32,000 nt of DNA from Nitrosospira multiformis ATCC 25196 (GCF_000196355.1 NC_007614.1:210001-242000); one strand, 5' to 3'. Positions 18,637 through 29,612 are shown, counted from the stretch's first letter. Notes: generated by a model from the letters alone, not told the origin. Numbers and translations are program-made.

Positions 18637-20349
18637 ATGTATCTTGATCATTTCGGTTTATCCAGGCAGCCATTTTCTCAATCGCCAGCCATTGATCGTA
18701 ACTGTTTCTATGAAGGAGGAGGGCGGGGCGCAACTCTGGATGCCCTTATTTATGTATTGACGCACGGCGAAGGCGAAGAGGGCATGATTACTCTCACCGG
18801 CGAATCGGGTAGCGGCAAAACCGTGCTATGCCAGGCGTTGATTAAATGGCTGTCCGACAGCATGCGGGTTATTTATTCTGCAAAGAAAAACCCGTCGCAG
18901 GAAGCTTTACTGAATTCCATAATGGACGAATTGAAGTTTCAATCGGAGAAAGAAGGTCTGCTTCTTCCACCCTCGCCAACTGATGGCGATGAACTGCAGG
19001 AGATTCTTGCCGCCGTGCAGGCGGGCGACAGGCAAGTCGTGTTGCTGATAGATGAGGCGCATACTCTGCCGGCAGAAACGCTGGAAGCGCTGGGGCTGTT
19101 ATACGAGCGGGCATCGTCCCACCATAAATTGTTGCAGATCGTTCTGGTGGGTGAGCCGGGGCTGGAACGCACCCTGGCTTCACAGCAGCTTACCAAAATC
19201 AGAAAAGCAATTCGCCATCAGTATGTTTTGCAGCTACTGGATCGCGAAGCCGCCCGCGAATATCTGCTCTACCGGATGAGCACGATCGCAGGTTATGAAG
19301 GGCCCGACATTTTTTCACCCGCTGCGCTGCGGTTGATCGACGTTGCCGCCGGCGGATTGTTGCGCCAGCTGAATGTGATCGCCGACAAGTCGCTGATGGC
19401 AGCGTTTCTGGCGCAAGCTTCGAGCGTGGAGGCGGTTCATGTCAGAAAAGTGATAACCGATCTCGGGCTCAAACCCCCTCTCGATTGGAGGGACAAGCGC
19501 AATCGTCCCAATTTCGTGGGACATCTTATAGCCGGAGCGGGTGCCACATCCTGTGCGGCAGTCGTAATAGTGCTGGGTGTCGCGGGTTGGCAAGCCTCGC
19601 ATCCTCAACCGGCAGGCATCGGCAACACCTCTGCTTCCTTGCCGTTTGAAGCGGCGGCGCCGTCAACATTGTCTGCCCCCACTGTCACGATTTCTCCCAC
19701 AACGATCGCGACCACTCGCTCAAACGTTCTCGCAAACACTCCATCTTCTTCTTCCATTTCCGCCGCCACTTCGCTTCCTTCCAGCGGGAGTAACAAGGAG
19801 TCCGGGGGAAAGATGACATCTGCCAGCACCACCCCCGGCAAGATTGCTACGGATAAGGCCGGTACGGACAAGGCAAATAAGGAAACTGCCGCCAGGATCG
19901 GAACTGATAAAACGCTTCCCGGAAGCGGAAAGGCCGCGGCGACAGGCGCGGCTCCACAAAGCGGGCTTGCTGCCGAAGGTCAGCCCGCCGGAGATGCAGC
20001 AAACACTATTGCAGGAGTCGATCTGGCGGGGTACAGGCTGCTGAAGCAACGGGTTGAGGCGACCCTCGGAGCTTTCTCCAAGGCGGACCGGAATCTGTAC
20101 ACTATCGTGCTGTACACCACCAGCAATGCCCAGCCTGATCGCATAGAGCGCTTTCTGGCGCGCGCCCGCGCGCTGGTCGAATTGTCGAATGTTTATGTTT
20201 ACCCCCTTTCCAGGAACAGGAGCGGGTTTATTGTCACCTATGGCCTTTACCCGGACGAGTATGAAGCGAGCATGGCGGTGGCTGGGCTTCCCGAGAAATA
20301 CCAGACCGCTTTCGATCCGGAATTGCGTACCCTGGGTGAACTGAAATAA
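18637..20349 (+). CDS. ExeA/MshM-like AAA ATPase with TM segment, low-complexity linker and C-terminal SPOR-like region
   Basis: MYLDHFGLSRQPFSQSPAID, Walker A GESGSGKT, VVLLIDEAHTLPAETLEAL, then a hydrophobic segment, a Ser/Thr/Ala/Gly-rich linker, and YTIVLYTTSNAQPDRIERFLARA...GFIVTYGLYPDEYEA. Confidence 0.82.
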   Translation: MYLDHFGLSRQPFSQSPAIDRNCFYEGGGRGATLDALIYVLTHGEGEEGMITLTGESGSGKTVLCQALIKWLSDSMRVIYSAKKNPSQEALLNSIMDELKFQSEKEGLLLPPSPTDGDELQEILAAVQAGDRQVVLLIDEAHTLPAETLEALGLLYERASSHHKLLQIVLVGEPGLERTLASQQLTKIRKAIRHQYVLQLLDREAAREYLLYRMSTIAGYEGPDIFSPAALRLIDVAAGGLLRQLNVIADKSLMAAFLAQASSVEAVHVRKVITDLGLKPPLDWRDKRNRPNFVGHLIAGAGATSCAAVVIVLGVAGWQASHPQPAGIGNTSASLPFEAAAPSTLSAPTVTISPTTIATTRSNVLANTPSSSSISAATSLPSSGSNKESGGKMTSASTTPGKIATDKAGTDKANKETAARIGTDKTLPGSGKAAATGAAPQSGLAAEGQPAGDAANTIAGVDLAGYRLLKQRVEATLGAFSKADRNLYTIVLYTTSNAQPDRIERFLARARALVELSNVYVYPLSRNRSGFIVTYGLYPDEYEASMAVAGLPEKYQTAFDPELRTLGELK

Positions 20350-20450
20350 TCTGCATCAGACCAGACATTGCCCGCGTGCCCCAGCTTTATGGCTTTATGG
20401 AAGGGGCGGCTTATTCCCTGCTTTCCTGATGTTACAATCGCCGTTTCCTG

Positions 20451-21764
20451 TTGATACCCGCTTCCTTCATGCCTACGCCCCACCTTGATACTGCCTTGAG
20501 CGGCCCCATTCTTGATCTTGAAAGATGCATCCTCAATGCCATGCCTTCGATCGAGCAATGGTTGCGCAATGAATGGCAGACGCATGCTGCGCCTTTTTAC
20601 TGCTCCGTGGATTTGCGCAATAGCGGGTTCAAGCTGGCGCCCGTCGATACCAACCTGTTTCCAGGCGGCTTCAATAATCTAAACCGCGAATTCATGCCCT
20701 TGTGCGTCCAGGCGATGATGGCGGCAATCGATAAAATCTGTACCGGCGCGCGCAGCGTACTGCTGATTCCGGAAAGCCACACGCGCAATATTTTTTATTT
20801 GCAAAATCTGGCGGCCTTGCACGCAATCATGCGGCATGCCGGCATTCATGTCCGTATCGGAACGCTGCTCCCTGAGATCACCGCACCCACTGCGCTCGAC
20901 CTGCCCGGTGGAAACAAGCTCACGCTCGAACCCATTCAGCGGAAGGGCAATCGGGTCGTTCTGGAAGATTTCGATCCTTGCGTCGTGCTTCTCAATAACG
21001 ACCTTTCCACCGGCACCCCGGCCGTCCTGCAGAATCTCGAGCAGACGGTCATTCCTCCCCTGCATGCGGGATGGACCAGCCGGCGGAAATCCCATCATTT
21101 CACTGCCTATGATAACGTTTCGCAGCAGTTTGCGAGCCTGATCGGTATTGACCCGTGGCTTATCAATCCTTATTTCGCTTCCTGCGGAAAAATCAATTTT
21201 CGCGAGAAAAAGGGTGAAGACTGCGTGGCCAATACGGTGGATGAAATCCTGCACCAGATCCGGGAGAAATATGCCGAGTATGGAGTCAGGAAAGATCCCT
21301 TCGTGATCGTAAAGGCCGACGCCGGTACGTACGGAATGGGGATAATGACTGTAAAAGATGGCGCGCAAGTACGTACACTCAGCCGGAAACAGCGCAACAA
21401 GATGGCGGTCGTAAAAGAAGGATTGGAGGTGACCGACATCATGGTGCAGGAAGGGGTTTATACGTTTGAGAATGTCGACGATGCGGTGGCGGAGCCCGTC
21501 ATCTATATGATCGATCGCTATGTCGTCGGTGGTTTCTACCGGGTGCATACCGAGCGGGGCGTTGACGAGAATCTCAACGCCCCCGGTATGCATTTTGTAC
21601 CCCTGGCATTCGAAGATACCTGTCTGCTACCGGATCGGGAAGCGCAGCCGGGTTGCAGCGCCAACCGGTTTTATGCTTATGGCGTCATAGCCAGGCTCGC
21701 TTTACTGGCGGCTGCACAAGAACTGGAAAAAAGTGAGGCGAGAATCGAAGCGATCATGGCTTAG
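20451..21764 (+). CDS. gshA: Glutamate-cysteine ligase, proteobacterial GshA family
   Basis: FYCSVDLRNSGFKLAPVDTNLFPGGFNNL and VIVKADAGTYGMGIMTV motifs; followed by gshB in the same direction. Confidence 0.87.
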   Translation: MIPASFMPTPHLDTALSGPILDLERCILNAMPSIEQWLRNEWQTHAAPFYCSVDLRNSGFKLAPVDTNLFPGGFNNLNREFMPLCVQAMMAAIDKICTGARSVLLIPESHTRNIFYLQNLAALHAIMRHAGIHVRIGTLLPEITAPTALDLPGGNKLTLEPIQRKGNRVVLEDFDPCVVLLNNDLSTGTPAVLQNLEQTVIPPLHAGWTSRRKSHHFTAYDNVSQQFASLIGIDPWLINPYFASCGKINFREKKGEDCVANTVDEILHQIREKYAEYGVRKDPFVIVKADAGTYGMGIMTVKDGAQVRTLSRKQRNKMAVVKEGLEVTDIMVQEGVYTFENVDDAVAEPVIYMIDRYVVGGFYRVHTERGVDENLNAPGMHFVPLAFEDTCLLPDREAQPGCSANRFYAYGVIARLALLAAAQELEKSEARIEAIMA

Positions 21765-22026
21765 CCCAGTCTCATTCATTCATTTTCTCGGGATTTTCCT
21801 TTGGGAAGTTCCTCTGAAAAAGAATCCCAAAAATGGACAGCGGCTTATCTGCAGGGGGAGTTCGTTAAAACCGCACCGGTTTGATGAAAGGGGCAAGCAA
21901 TCTGCCCAGATGCTATGCTGATAACAGCCTCTCGCACATTTTGGTTTGATAACGCACGTTTTGCTCACTCTCCCGCCCCTGATGGCTCTTCTTCATCCCA
22001 TTCTCATATAATTCCCCTGCTGACTC

Positions 22027-22977
22027 ATGAGATTTGCCTTTGTTCTTGATCACCTCGATTCAATCAAAACGCGCAAGGATTCGAGCGTGGCCATCATGCG
22101 CGAGGCGGCAGCAAGGGGCCACACTTTATTCTCCATGCAACAGGGAGATCTCGCCTGGCAGCGAGGGAATACGGTCGGTTTCGCGCGCCCGCTCGAATTG
22201 ACCGGGGAGGACTCTCAGGGACGGCTGTGGTACCGGGTGGATGAGCCGGAAGAAATACCGCTCCAGGAATTCGATGCCGTACTGATGCGCAAGGATCCGC
22301 CATTTGATATGGAGTATATCTACAGCACTTACTTGCTGGAACTGGCTGAAACGCGCGGTGCGCATGTCATCAACAGCGCGCGCGCAATCCGTGACCATAA
22401 CGAGAAGCTTGCGGTGGCCAAGTTTTCCGAATATGCCGTGGAAACGCTGGTAACGCGAAGCGAAAGCCTGCTTCGCCATTTTCTTGCGGAGCACGATGAC
22501 ATCATTCTCAAGCCGCTTGACGGCATGGGGGGTGCAAGCGTGTTTCGTGTTCACCGGGAGGATCACAATATCGGGGTGATAATAGAAACATTGACGCACT
22601 ACGGTACAAAGACCATCATGGCTCAACGGTATATCCACGAAATCACCGATGGAGACAAGCGCATCCTGTTGATCGCGGGCGAGCCCGTCCCTTATACACT
22701 TGCCCGTATCCCGAAGCCCGGAGAATTCCGGGGTAATCTGAATGTGGGGGCTACCGGCATCGCTCAGCCACTCAGCCCGCGGGATCGTGAGATTGCCGAA
22801 GCACTTGGTCCCGTGTTGTTCAATGAAGGTTTGATGCTGGTGGGACTGGATGTCATCGGGGATTATCTTACCGAGATCAATGTCACCAGTCCTACGGGTA
22901 TGAGGGAAATTTCAGACCAGACCGGCTTCAATGTGGCTGCAATGATGGTGGACGCCCTCGAAATGATGCCGCGTTGA
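22027..22977 (+). CDS. gshB: Glutathione synthase
   Basis: MRFAFVLDHLDSIKTRKDSSVAIM, VLMRKDPPFDMEYIYSTYLLE, ILKPLDGMGG, GLMLVGLDVIGDYLTEINVTSPTG. Confidence 0.95.
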   Translation: MRFAFVLDHLDSIKTRKDSSVAIMREAAARGHTLFSMQQGDLAWQRGNTVGFARPLELTGEDSQGRLWYRVDEPEEIPLQEFDAVLMRKDPPFDMEYIYSTYLLELAETRGAHVINSARAIRDHNEKLAVAKFSEYAVETLVTRSESLLRHFLAEHDDIILKPLDGMGGASVFRVHREDHNIGVIIETLTHYGTKTIMAQRYIHEITDGDKRILLIAGEPVPYTLARIPKPGEFRGNLNVGATGIAQPLSPRDREIAEALGPVLFNEGLMLVGLDVIGDYLTEINVTSPTGMREISDQTGFNVAAMMVDALEMMPR

Positions 22978-23017
22978 TCCATTCCATTGTCTTCTTGTTG
23001 CCCGAGCTGACAATACC

Positions 23018-23410
23018 ATGATCGGAATTCTGATTATTTCCCACGGTAATCTGGGAGAAAGCCTTGTTGAGAGCGCCAACCACGTGATGGGAAAGAAATT
23101 GCCAAACCTGGCGCATATCGGCATTCATCCTGAGGATGATCCCGACGTTATCCTTTCAAAAGCAGTGGGATCGATAAGAGAACTAGATAGCGGTGAGGGC
23201 GTGCTGGTATTGAGCGACATCTGCGGCGCAACCCCATGCAATATAGCCACCCGGCTCGTTGCTTCCACAGAACGGGTGATATGTCTTGCGGGAGTGAATC
23301 TGCCCATGCTGGTGCGGGCCCTTACCTATCGGGCCGAGCCGTTGGAAGGGGTGGCGGAGAAGGCGCTGGCAGGCGGACGGGACGGTGTTTTTCGTATAAA
23401 CCCAAGTTGA
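23018..23410 (+). CDS. PTS EIIA component, mannose (ManX-like) family
   Basis: MIGILIISHGNLGESLVESA with candidate active-site His, and LSDICGATPCNIA; immediately followed by HPr and EI genes. Confidence 0.88.
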   Translation: MIGILIISHGNLGESLVESANHVMGKKLPNLAHIGIHPEDDPDVILSKAVGSIRELDSGEGVLVLSDICGATPCNIATRLVASTERVICLAGVNLPMLVRALTYRAEPLEGVAEKALAGGRDGVFRINPS

Positions 23411-23413
23411 TAA

Positions 23414-23683
23414 ATGCAATATAAAGAGATCAAGATCCTGAACAAACTGGGGATGCACGCCCGTGCCTCCGCCAAATTCACCCAGTTGGCCAGCCGATAC
23501 CGGAGCGATGTGTGGTTGTCACGAAACGATCGCAAAGTCAATGCAAAAAGCATCATGGGCGTCATGATGCTGGCTGCGAACCAGGGCGCGACCCTGATCA
23601 TCGAAACTGCGGGTGAGGACGAGATTGAGGCAATGCAGGCCTTGGTACAGCTGATCGAGGATCGCTTCGGAGAAAGCGAATGA
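23414..23683 (+). CDS. ptsH: Phosphocarrier protein HPr
   Basis: NKLGMHARASAKFTQLA (active His) and NAKSIMGVMMLAA (Ser46-type site). Confidence 0.92.
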   Translation: MQYKEIKILNKLGMHARASAKFTQLASRYRSDVWLSRNDRKVNAKSIMGVMMLAANQGATLIIETAGEDEIEAMQALVQLIEDRFGESE

Positions 23684-25407
23684 GCTTTGTACTGCATGGG
23701 GTGGGCGTTTCGGAAGGTATCGCCATAGGCCATGCTCATCTTGCGTCTCATGCCGCGCTGGAAGTCGCCCACCACGTCGTGCCCGAGGATCAGGTCACCA
23801 ATGAAATCTCCCGGCTGGACACCGCTTTCACAACCGTTCGCAAAGAGCTTCAGGCATTGCACGACACGGTCGTCAGCGGTCCGGCGGCTGCCGAATACGA
23901 AGCATTTCTCGATCTGCACCGGATGATTCTGGATGATCCCACGCTCTCGACTGCGGCAAAAGCGTATATTGCCCAGAATCAGTGCAATGCCGAATGGGCC
24001 ATTACCCAGCAGATGGGGGTATTGATGGCGCAGTTCGAGGAAATAGAAGATCCCTATCTGCGCGAACGTAAAACGGACGTCATCCAGGTGGTGGAGCGCG
24101 TTCTCAAGGTATTGCTGGGGCATCCCGGATATATTCCCCCTTCGCAAAAGCGGGATGGCGACAGTGTCCTGGTAGCGCACGACTTGAGTCCGGCCGATGT
24201 GCTTCAATATAAGCAGTATTCGTTTACTGCATTCCTGACGGATCTTGGCGGCCTGACTTCGCATACCGCCATTGTCGCCCGCAGCCTGAACATCCCCTCC
24301 GTCGTCGCGCTTCACCATGCCCGCCGCCTCATCCGGGAAAATGACATTCTGATCGTGGATGGCAACCAGGGTGTGGTCATCGTGGACCCGGACGAGCATG
24401 TGCTCGCGGAATATCGGCTGCGCCAGAGCGAGCTGGAGCTGGAAAAACAGAAACTCAAGCGCTTGAGGACGACGGTCGCGGCGACGCTGGATGGCACGGT
24501 AGTGGAACTGTATGCAAATATCGAGTTGCCGCAGGACGTCGATCAGGTCAAAGAAAATGGAGCGACCGGCGTCGGCCTCTTTCGGAGCGAATTCCTGTTC
24601 CTCAATCGGGACAGCTTGCCTGATGAGGAAGAGCAATTCGAAGCTTATCGAACCGTGGCGCGAAAAATGCGGGGAATGCCGGTAACGGTGCGCACGTTCG
24701 ATCTTGGCGCGGACAAGAACCTGGATCATGCCAAACGGGTGGCTGCGAATCCCGCCCTGGGCCTGCGAGCCATCCGGCTGAGCCTGGCCGAACCCCAGAT
24801 GTTCAATATCCAGTTGCGCGCTATTTTACGTGCTTCGCGCTATGGGCAGATCCGGATTCTGGTGCCGATGCTTTCCAATGTTGCTGAGATAACGCAGACG
24901 CTGCATTTGATCCAAAGCGCCAAACAAAGCCTGCGTAACGAAAAGATTCCTTTTGACGAAAAAGTGCAGGTGGGAGGAATGATAGAAATTCCAGCCGCTG
25001 CGCTGAGTCTTGACATTTTCATGCGCAAGCTCGATTTCCTGTCAATCGGCACCAATGATCTCATCCAGTATACGCTGGCGATAGACCGCGCCGATGACAC
25101 TGTCGCGCACCTCTATGATTCGCTGCACCCGGCGGTGCTGCGGTTGGTCGCGCATGTCATACGCAGCGCGAACCGTGCAAGCATACCGGTGTCCGTGTGC
25201 GGCGAGATCGCAGGGGATGTGGTGTTTACCCGTCTGCTGCTCGGTTTCGGCTTACGCGTGTTTTCCATGCACCCCGTCCAACTGCTGACCGTAAAACGTG
25301 AAGTCTTGCGGGCAAATCTGCCCGACCTCATTCCGATCACTCAAAAAATACTGAAAACCGCTGATCCGGAGAAAATTCACGCACTGCTGGCGAAGCTCAA
25401 CGCTTGA
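23680..25407 (+). CDS. ptsI: Phosphoenolpyruvate-protein phosphotransferase (EI)
   Basis: GGLTSHTAIVARSLNIPSVV (active His), GVGLFRSEFLFL, VRTFDLGADK, FLSIGTNDLIQYTLAIDR. ATGA overlap with ptsH. Confidence 0.95.
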   Translation: MSFVLHGVGVSEGIAIGHAHLASHAALEVAHHVVPEDQVTNEISRLDTAFTTVRKELQALHDTVVSGPAAAEYEAFLDLHRMILDDPTLSTAAKAYIAQNQCNAEWAITQQMGVLMAQFEEIEDPYLRERKTDVIQVVERVLKVLLGHPGYIPPSQKRDGDSVLVAHDLSPADVLQYKQYSFTAFLTDLGGLTSHTAIVARSLNIPSVVALHHARRLIRENDILIVDGNQGVVIVDPDEHVLAEYRLRQSELELEKQKLKRLRTTVAATLDGTVVELYANIELPQDVDQVKENGATGVGLFRSEFLFLNRDSLPDEEEQFEAYRTVARKMRGMPVTVRTFDLGADKNLDHAKRVAANPALGLRAIRLSLAEPQMFNIQLRAILRASRYGQIRILVPMLSNVAEITQTLHLIQSAKQSLRNEKIPFDEKVQVGGMIEIPAAALSLDIFMRKLDFLSIGTNDLIQYTLAIDRADDTVAHLYDSLHPAVLRLVAHVIRSANRASIPVSVCGEIAGDVVFTRLLLGFGLRVFSMHPVQLLTVKREVLRANLPDLIPITQKILKTADPEKIHALLAKLNA

Positions 25408-25601
25408 ACGATCGTTCCCTGTTCCATTTCACCGAATGCCGATGCATATGAGCAGCGTGTACGACTATAATTGCCGGTTACAATCAGGCGATGCGATTAT
25501 TTGAAAGGGGAATTCCTGCGCCTGCGTAAAACCGGTTTTAATTTTCTGGAGACCGGGCTCGGGAACGAACAAATAGTGACGTCAGCCTCCTGACCTTTTT
25601 T

Positions 25602-26735
25602 ATGCTCATGCAAGATTCGAATTCATTCAGTACTGTTACTCCACAGGTGGCGCGTTTTGACACGCCTTTGCATTTGAAAAGCGGCGCGGTGCTCGACAGC
25701 TACGAGCTGGTGTACGAAACATACGGGGAGCTCAACGCGGCGCGGTCGAACGCCGTACTGGTATGCCACGCCCTTTCAGGGAATCATCATCTCGCAGGCC
25801 TTTACGACGATAACCCCAAGAGTGCCGGCTGGTGGAACAACATGATCGGGCCGGGCAAATCGATCGATACCCAGAAATTTTTCTTAATCGGGGTAAACAA
25901 CCTGGGCGGTTGTCATGGATCCACCGGACCGGCGAGTATTGATGTCAGGACTGGAAAGTGTTACGGCCCGAATTTTCCGGTTGTGACAGTGGAAGACTGG
26001 GTTCAGACACAAGTCCGCCTTGCCGATTATCTGGGTATCGATCAGTTTGCCGCCGTGGCTGGCGGTAGTCTTGGCGGAATGCAGGCTTTGCAGTGGACAC
26101 TTGATTTTCCCGAGAGGGTGCGCCACGCGCTGGTTATCGCCGCGGCTGCAAAGTTGACTGCGCAGAACATCGCATTCAACGATGTGGCACGCCAAGCTAT
26201 CATTACCGATCCTGATTTCCATGGCGGCGACTATTATTCACACGGTGTCATTCCGCGGAGAGGATTACGCCTGGCGCGCATGCTGGGACATATCACCTAC
26301 CTCTCGGACGACTCGATGGCGGCTAAATTCGGCCGGGAACTGCGGAATGGAGCGCTTGCCTTCGGTTACGACGTGGAGTTCGAAATAGAATCGTATCTTC
26401 GTTATCAGGGAGATAAATTCGCTAGCCAGTTCGATGCGAACACGTATCTGCTGATGACAAAGGCATTGGACTATTTTGATCCTGCCTTTCCGCACAACAA
26501 CGACCTCAGCGCCGCATTCCGATTCGCCAGGGCTAATTTCCTGGTGCTGTCGTTTACTACCGACTGGCGTTTTTCCCCGGAGCGCTCGCGCGCCATCGTA
26601 AGGGCGCTGCTGGACAACGAACTGAACGTCAGTTATGCCGAAATTACATCCAGTCATGGCCACGACTCGTTCCTCATGGAGGATCGGCATTATCACAGGC
26701 TGGTGCGGGCTTACATGGATAACGTGGTCGTATGA
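25602..26735 (+). CDS. metX: Homoserine O-acyltransferase (MetX)
   Basis: [24 protein letters not shown], nucleophile elbow [12 protein letters not shown], and [11 protein letters not shown]. Confidence 0.94.
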   Translation: MLMQDSNSFSTVTPQVARFDTPLHLKSGAVLDSYELVYETYGELNAARSNAVLVCHALSGNHHLAGLYDDNPKSAGWWNNMIGPGKSIDTQKFFLIGVNNLGGCHGSTGPASIDVRTGKCYGPNFPVVTVEDWVQTQVRLADYLGIDQFAAVAGGSLGGMQALQWTLDFPERVRHALVIAAAAKLTAQNIAFNDVARQAIITDPDFHGGDYYSHGVIPRRGLRLARMLGHITYLSDDSMAAKFGRELRNGALAFGYDVEFEIESYLRYQGDKFASQFDANTYLLMTKALDYFDPAFPHNNDLSAAFRFARANFLVLSFTTDWRFSPERSRAIVRALLDNELNVSYAEITSSHGHDSFLMEDRHYHRLVRAYMDNVVV

Positions 26736-27352
26736 AGAAATCCCTTGGCATGAATTCATCGCTTAATGCTGCCCGGCCCGATTTTGCCCTCATTGCAGCA
26801 TGGGTCAAACCGGGGGCCAAGGTACTCGATCTGGGTTGCGGCGACGGCTCCCTCATCCGTTTTCTGCGGGACTCCCGTGGCTCGCGCGGCTACGGGGTGG
26901 AAATTGATGATGCTAATGTCCTGGCCTGCTTCAACAACGGGGTGAATGTGATCCAGAGCGACCTGGAGTCCGGCTTGCAGAGTTTTGAATCGGGGTCGTT
27001 TGACTACGTGGTGCTCTCGCAAACCCTGCAGGCTGTAAAAAATACCGAGAACATCATCAAGGAAATGCTCCGTGTAAGCAAGGAAGGCATCGTGTCATTC
27101 CCCAATTTCGGTTATTGGAAAAACCGTTTGCAGGTGCTTTCCGGTCATATGCCGGTTTCCGAAGCACTACCCTATCAATGGTTCGATACTCCCAATATTC
27201 ATAACTGCACGCTGGGTGATTTCGAGGAATTCTGCGGCCAGCACGGCGCACGCATTCTCGAACGCAGGGTAATGAGCGGAAACCGCCAGATCACTTTCAT
27301 GCCCAACTTGCTGGGAATGTTAGCCTTTTACCGGTTCGAACAGCAGAAATAG
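26732..27352 (+). CDS. metW: MetW-family methyltransferase-like protein
   Basis: [52 protein letters not shown] overlap with metX. Confidence 0.93.
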   Translation: MKKSLGMNSSLNAARPDFALIAAWVKPGAKVLDLGCGDGSLIRFLRDSRGSRGYGVEIDDANVLACFNNGVNVIQSDLESGLQSFESGSFDYVVLSQTLQAVKNTENIIKEMLRVSKEGIVSFPNFGYWKNRLQVLSGHMPVSEALPYQWFDTPNIHNCTLGDFEEFCGQHGARILERRVMSGNRQITFMPNLLGMLAFYRFEQQK

Positions 27353-27384
27353 GTACTTCGTGAAAGCTGTTTTCCGGAAAAGCT

Positions 27385-28770
27385 TCAATTCTCCGGAGAT
27401 TCTGCACGCTTGAATCTTGCACGTCCCGCCAGCCAGACCAGAACCAGCACCGGCAGGCCGAGCAGCGCCGTGCCGGTAAAGAAGCTGGCATAACCGTAAG
27501 CATCCACGAAGTCTCCGCTGAATCCGGCGATAAATTTCGGCAATAGCAGCATCACTGAGCTGAACAGGGCGTATTGGGTAGCGGAATAGGCGGAATTGGT
27601 CAGCCCGGAAAGATAAGCGATAAAAGCGGAGGATGCTATGCCGGCGGAGAGATTGTCCGCCGATACGGTGAAGATCAGGCCGGTCAAGTCATGCCCGCGC
27701 GCCGCCAGCCAGACAAACAGCAGATTGGTGGTCGCGGACAAAATCGCTCCCAGAAACAGTGTGCGCATGATGCCGATTTTTGCTGTCAGAACGCCACCCA
27801 GCGCTGCGCCCGCGATAGTCATGAGGACGCCATAGACCTTGGAAACCGTCGCCACCTCATCTTTCGTATACCCCATGTCGACGTAGAAAGGGTTGCTCAT
27901 GACGCCCATTACCACGTCGGAAATGCGGTAGACCGCGATCAGGGCGAGAATCAGCAGGGCCTGCCCCCCATAGCGGACAATAAAGTCTCGGAAGGGGGCG
28001 ATCACGGCTCCATACAGCCAGGCCAGCATCTGCTTGAGTGCCGCGCTGATCCGCCAATGCGCAATGGCGGCTCGCGCGCGATCTTCATTTTCTGAAATCA
28101 GGCGGGTGAAAGGAACCTCCGGCTCGCGGATGATGAGGGTAGTGATGATCCCCACCGACATGCAGGCGGCCATGCTCAGGTAAGCGATACGCCAGGTCGC
28201 GTAGTCGTAGATATCCGCTGATGAGCCTGCGGCGGCGGCTATCCACAGCGCGCCGGCGGAAGCCAGAATCATTGCCAGCCGATACCCTGCTTGGTAGGTC
28301 GCGGCCATTGCCCCCTGGAGCCTGGGTGCCACCGCCTCGATCCGGTATGCATCCAGGGCAATATCCTGGGTTGCGGAGGCGAAGGCCGCCGCCAGGGCAA
28401 AAAAGACTGTATGCGAAAGGTTTCGGAGTGGATCGGTAAGCGCGATGCCGATGAGGGCAAGCGCGATAACGATTTGTGACAATAAAAGCCATGCGCGGCG
28501 CCGGCCCAGCCATTGTGTCAGTAATGGCAAAGGCAGGCGATCCACGAGTGGGGACCACATCCATTTGAAGCCGTAAGCCAGCCCGATCCAGCTCAGATGG
28601 CCGATGGTGGAACGGTCGATTCCCGCTTCCCGCAGCCAGAAGGAAAGCGTGCCCATCACCAGGAGCAGGGGCAATCCCGCCGAGAAGCCGAGAGACAGCA
28701 TTCCCAGCACGCGGGGGTGGGTATAGATGCGAAAAGCGTGCAGCCAGCTCGAAAGGGTAGCTGGCATCAT
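27385..28770 (-). CDS. AmpG-like MFS permease (muropeptide transporter family)
   Basis: LGFSAGLPLLLVMGTLSFWLREAGIDRSTIGHLSWIGLAYGFKWMWSPLVDR, ASATQDIALDAYRIE, multiple TM segments. Confidence 0.88.
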   Translation of the reverse strand: MMPATLSSWLHAFRIYTHPRVLGMLSLGFSAGLPLLLVMGTLSFWLREAGIDRSTIGHLSWIGLAYGFKWMWSPLVDRLPLPLLTQWLGRRRAWLLLSQIVIALALIGIALTDPLRNLSHTVFFALAAAFASATQDIALDAYRIEAVAPRLQGAMAATYQAGYRLAMILASAGALWIAAAAGSSADIYDYATWRIAYLSMAACMSVGIITTLIIREPEVPFTRLISENEDRARAAIAHWRISAALKQMLAWLYGAVIAPFRDFIVRYGGQALLILALIAVYRISDVVMGVMSNPFYVDMGYTKDEVATVSKVYGVLMTIAGAALGGVLTAKIGIMRTLFLGAILSATTNLLFVWLAARGHDLTGLIFTVSADNLSAGIASSAFIAYLSGLTNSAYSATQYALFSSVMLLLPKFIAGFSGDFVDAYGYASFFTGTALLGLPVLVLVWLAGRARFKRAESPEN

Positions 28771-28832
28771 TCTGGGGCAGTCATTCTGACGGGATTTCCG
28801 GCATTATCAGTGGTTCGCGGCAAGGCGTCGGA

Positions 28833-29612
28833 TCAGGCGGATAAGCTGTAATCGTAATCAATGATCAGCGGGGAATGATCGGAGAAACGCTCGGTCTTGT
28901 AAATCGAAACCGCGTTGGCCTTGCCCGCGATCCCGGGGGTGGCGATCTGATAATCGATGCGCCAGCCGACGTTCTTCGCCCAGGCCTGCCCGCGGTTGGA
29001 CCACCAGGTATACTGGTCCGGCTCCGGATTTATCCGGCGGAAGACATCAACGAATCCAAGCTCCTGAAACACATCGGTGAGCCAGGCGCGCTCCTGTGGC
29101 AGGAAGCCGGAATTCTTCTGATTGGAACGCCAATTCCTGAGATCGATTTCCTTGTGGGCGATGTTCCAGTCTCCGCACAAAATAATCTCGCTGCCGCATG
29201 CTGCCAGTTTCTCCAGCATGGGAAAAAATTGCTCCATGAAGAAATATTTGACGGCCTGCCGATGTTCACCCGCCGAACCGGACGGAAAATAGATCGAGAT
29301 GATGCTCAACTGCCCGAAATCGACGCGCAGGTAACGCCCCTCCGCATCGATCTCCGGTACACCGAGGCCCTCGGTCACGCCCCCCGGTTTCTGGCGTGTG
29401 TAAATGCCCACTCCGCTATATCCTCTTTTTTCAGCGCAGTGGAAGTAGCCGTGGTAGCCATCGGGGGAGACCACTTCTCCGGTAATATCGCCCACCTGAG
29501 CCTTGAGTTCCTGTACGCAGACGATATCCGCATCCTGCAAAGGCAGCCATCGGAAAAAACCCTTGTTGGCAGCAGAGCGTATTCCGTTGAGGTTAAGCGT
29601 TATAATTCGCAC
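28833..29612 (-). CDS. Exodeoxyribonuclease III family protein
   Basis: [70 protein letters not shown]. Confidence 0.93.
   Translation of the reverse strand: MRIITLNLNGIRSAANKGFFRWLPLQDADIVCVQELKAQVGDITGEVVSPDGYHGYFHCAEKRGYSGVGIYTRQKPGGVTEGLGVPEIDAEGRYLRVDFGQLSIISIYFPSGSAGEHRQAVKYFFMEQFFPMLEKLAACGSEIILCGDWNIAHKEIDLRNWRSNQKNSGFLPQERAWLTDVFQELGFVDVFRRINPEPDQYTWWSNRGQAWAKNVGWRIDYQIATPGIAGKANAVSIYKTERFSDHSPLIIDYDYSLSA

Noticed and set aside
22007-22012. TATAAT just upstream of gshB
   Set aside because: No credible -35 element at the right spacing; would need 5' end mapping.
23326-24729. 467-codon minus-strand ORF
   Set aside because: Antisense to ptsH and ptsI, both unequivocal; likely a codon-bias shadow ORF.
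25406-25417. Perfect 12 bp palindrome GAACGATCGTTC at the ptsI stop codon
   Set aside because: No U-tract, no second copy and no promoter context; too short to claim as a regulatory site.
25408-25601. Possible SAM riboswitch upstream of metX
   Set aside because: Checked by eye for SAM-II or other SAM aptamer core patterns and found no convincing match; a covariance search would be decisive.
27364-27383. Palindromic TTTTCCGGAAAA between metW and ampG-like
   Set aside because: Imperfect outer stem and no following T-tract; not enough to call a bidirectional terminator.
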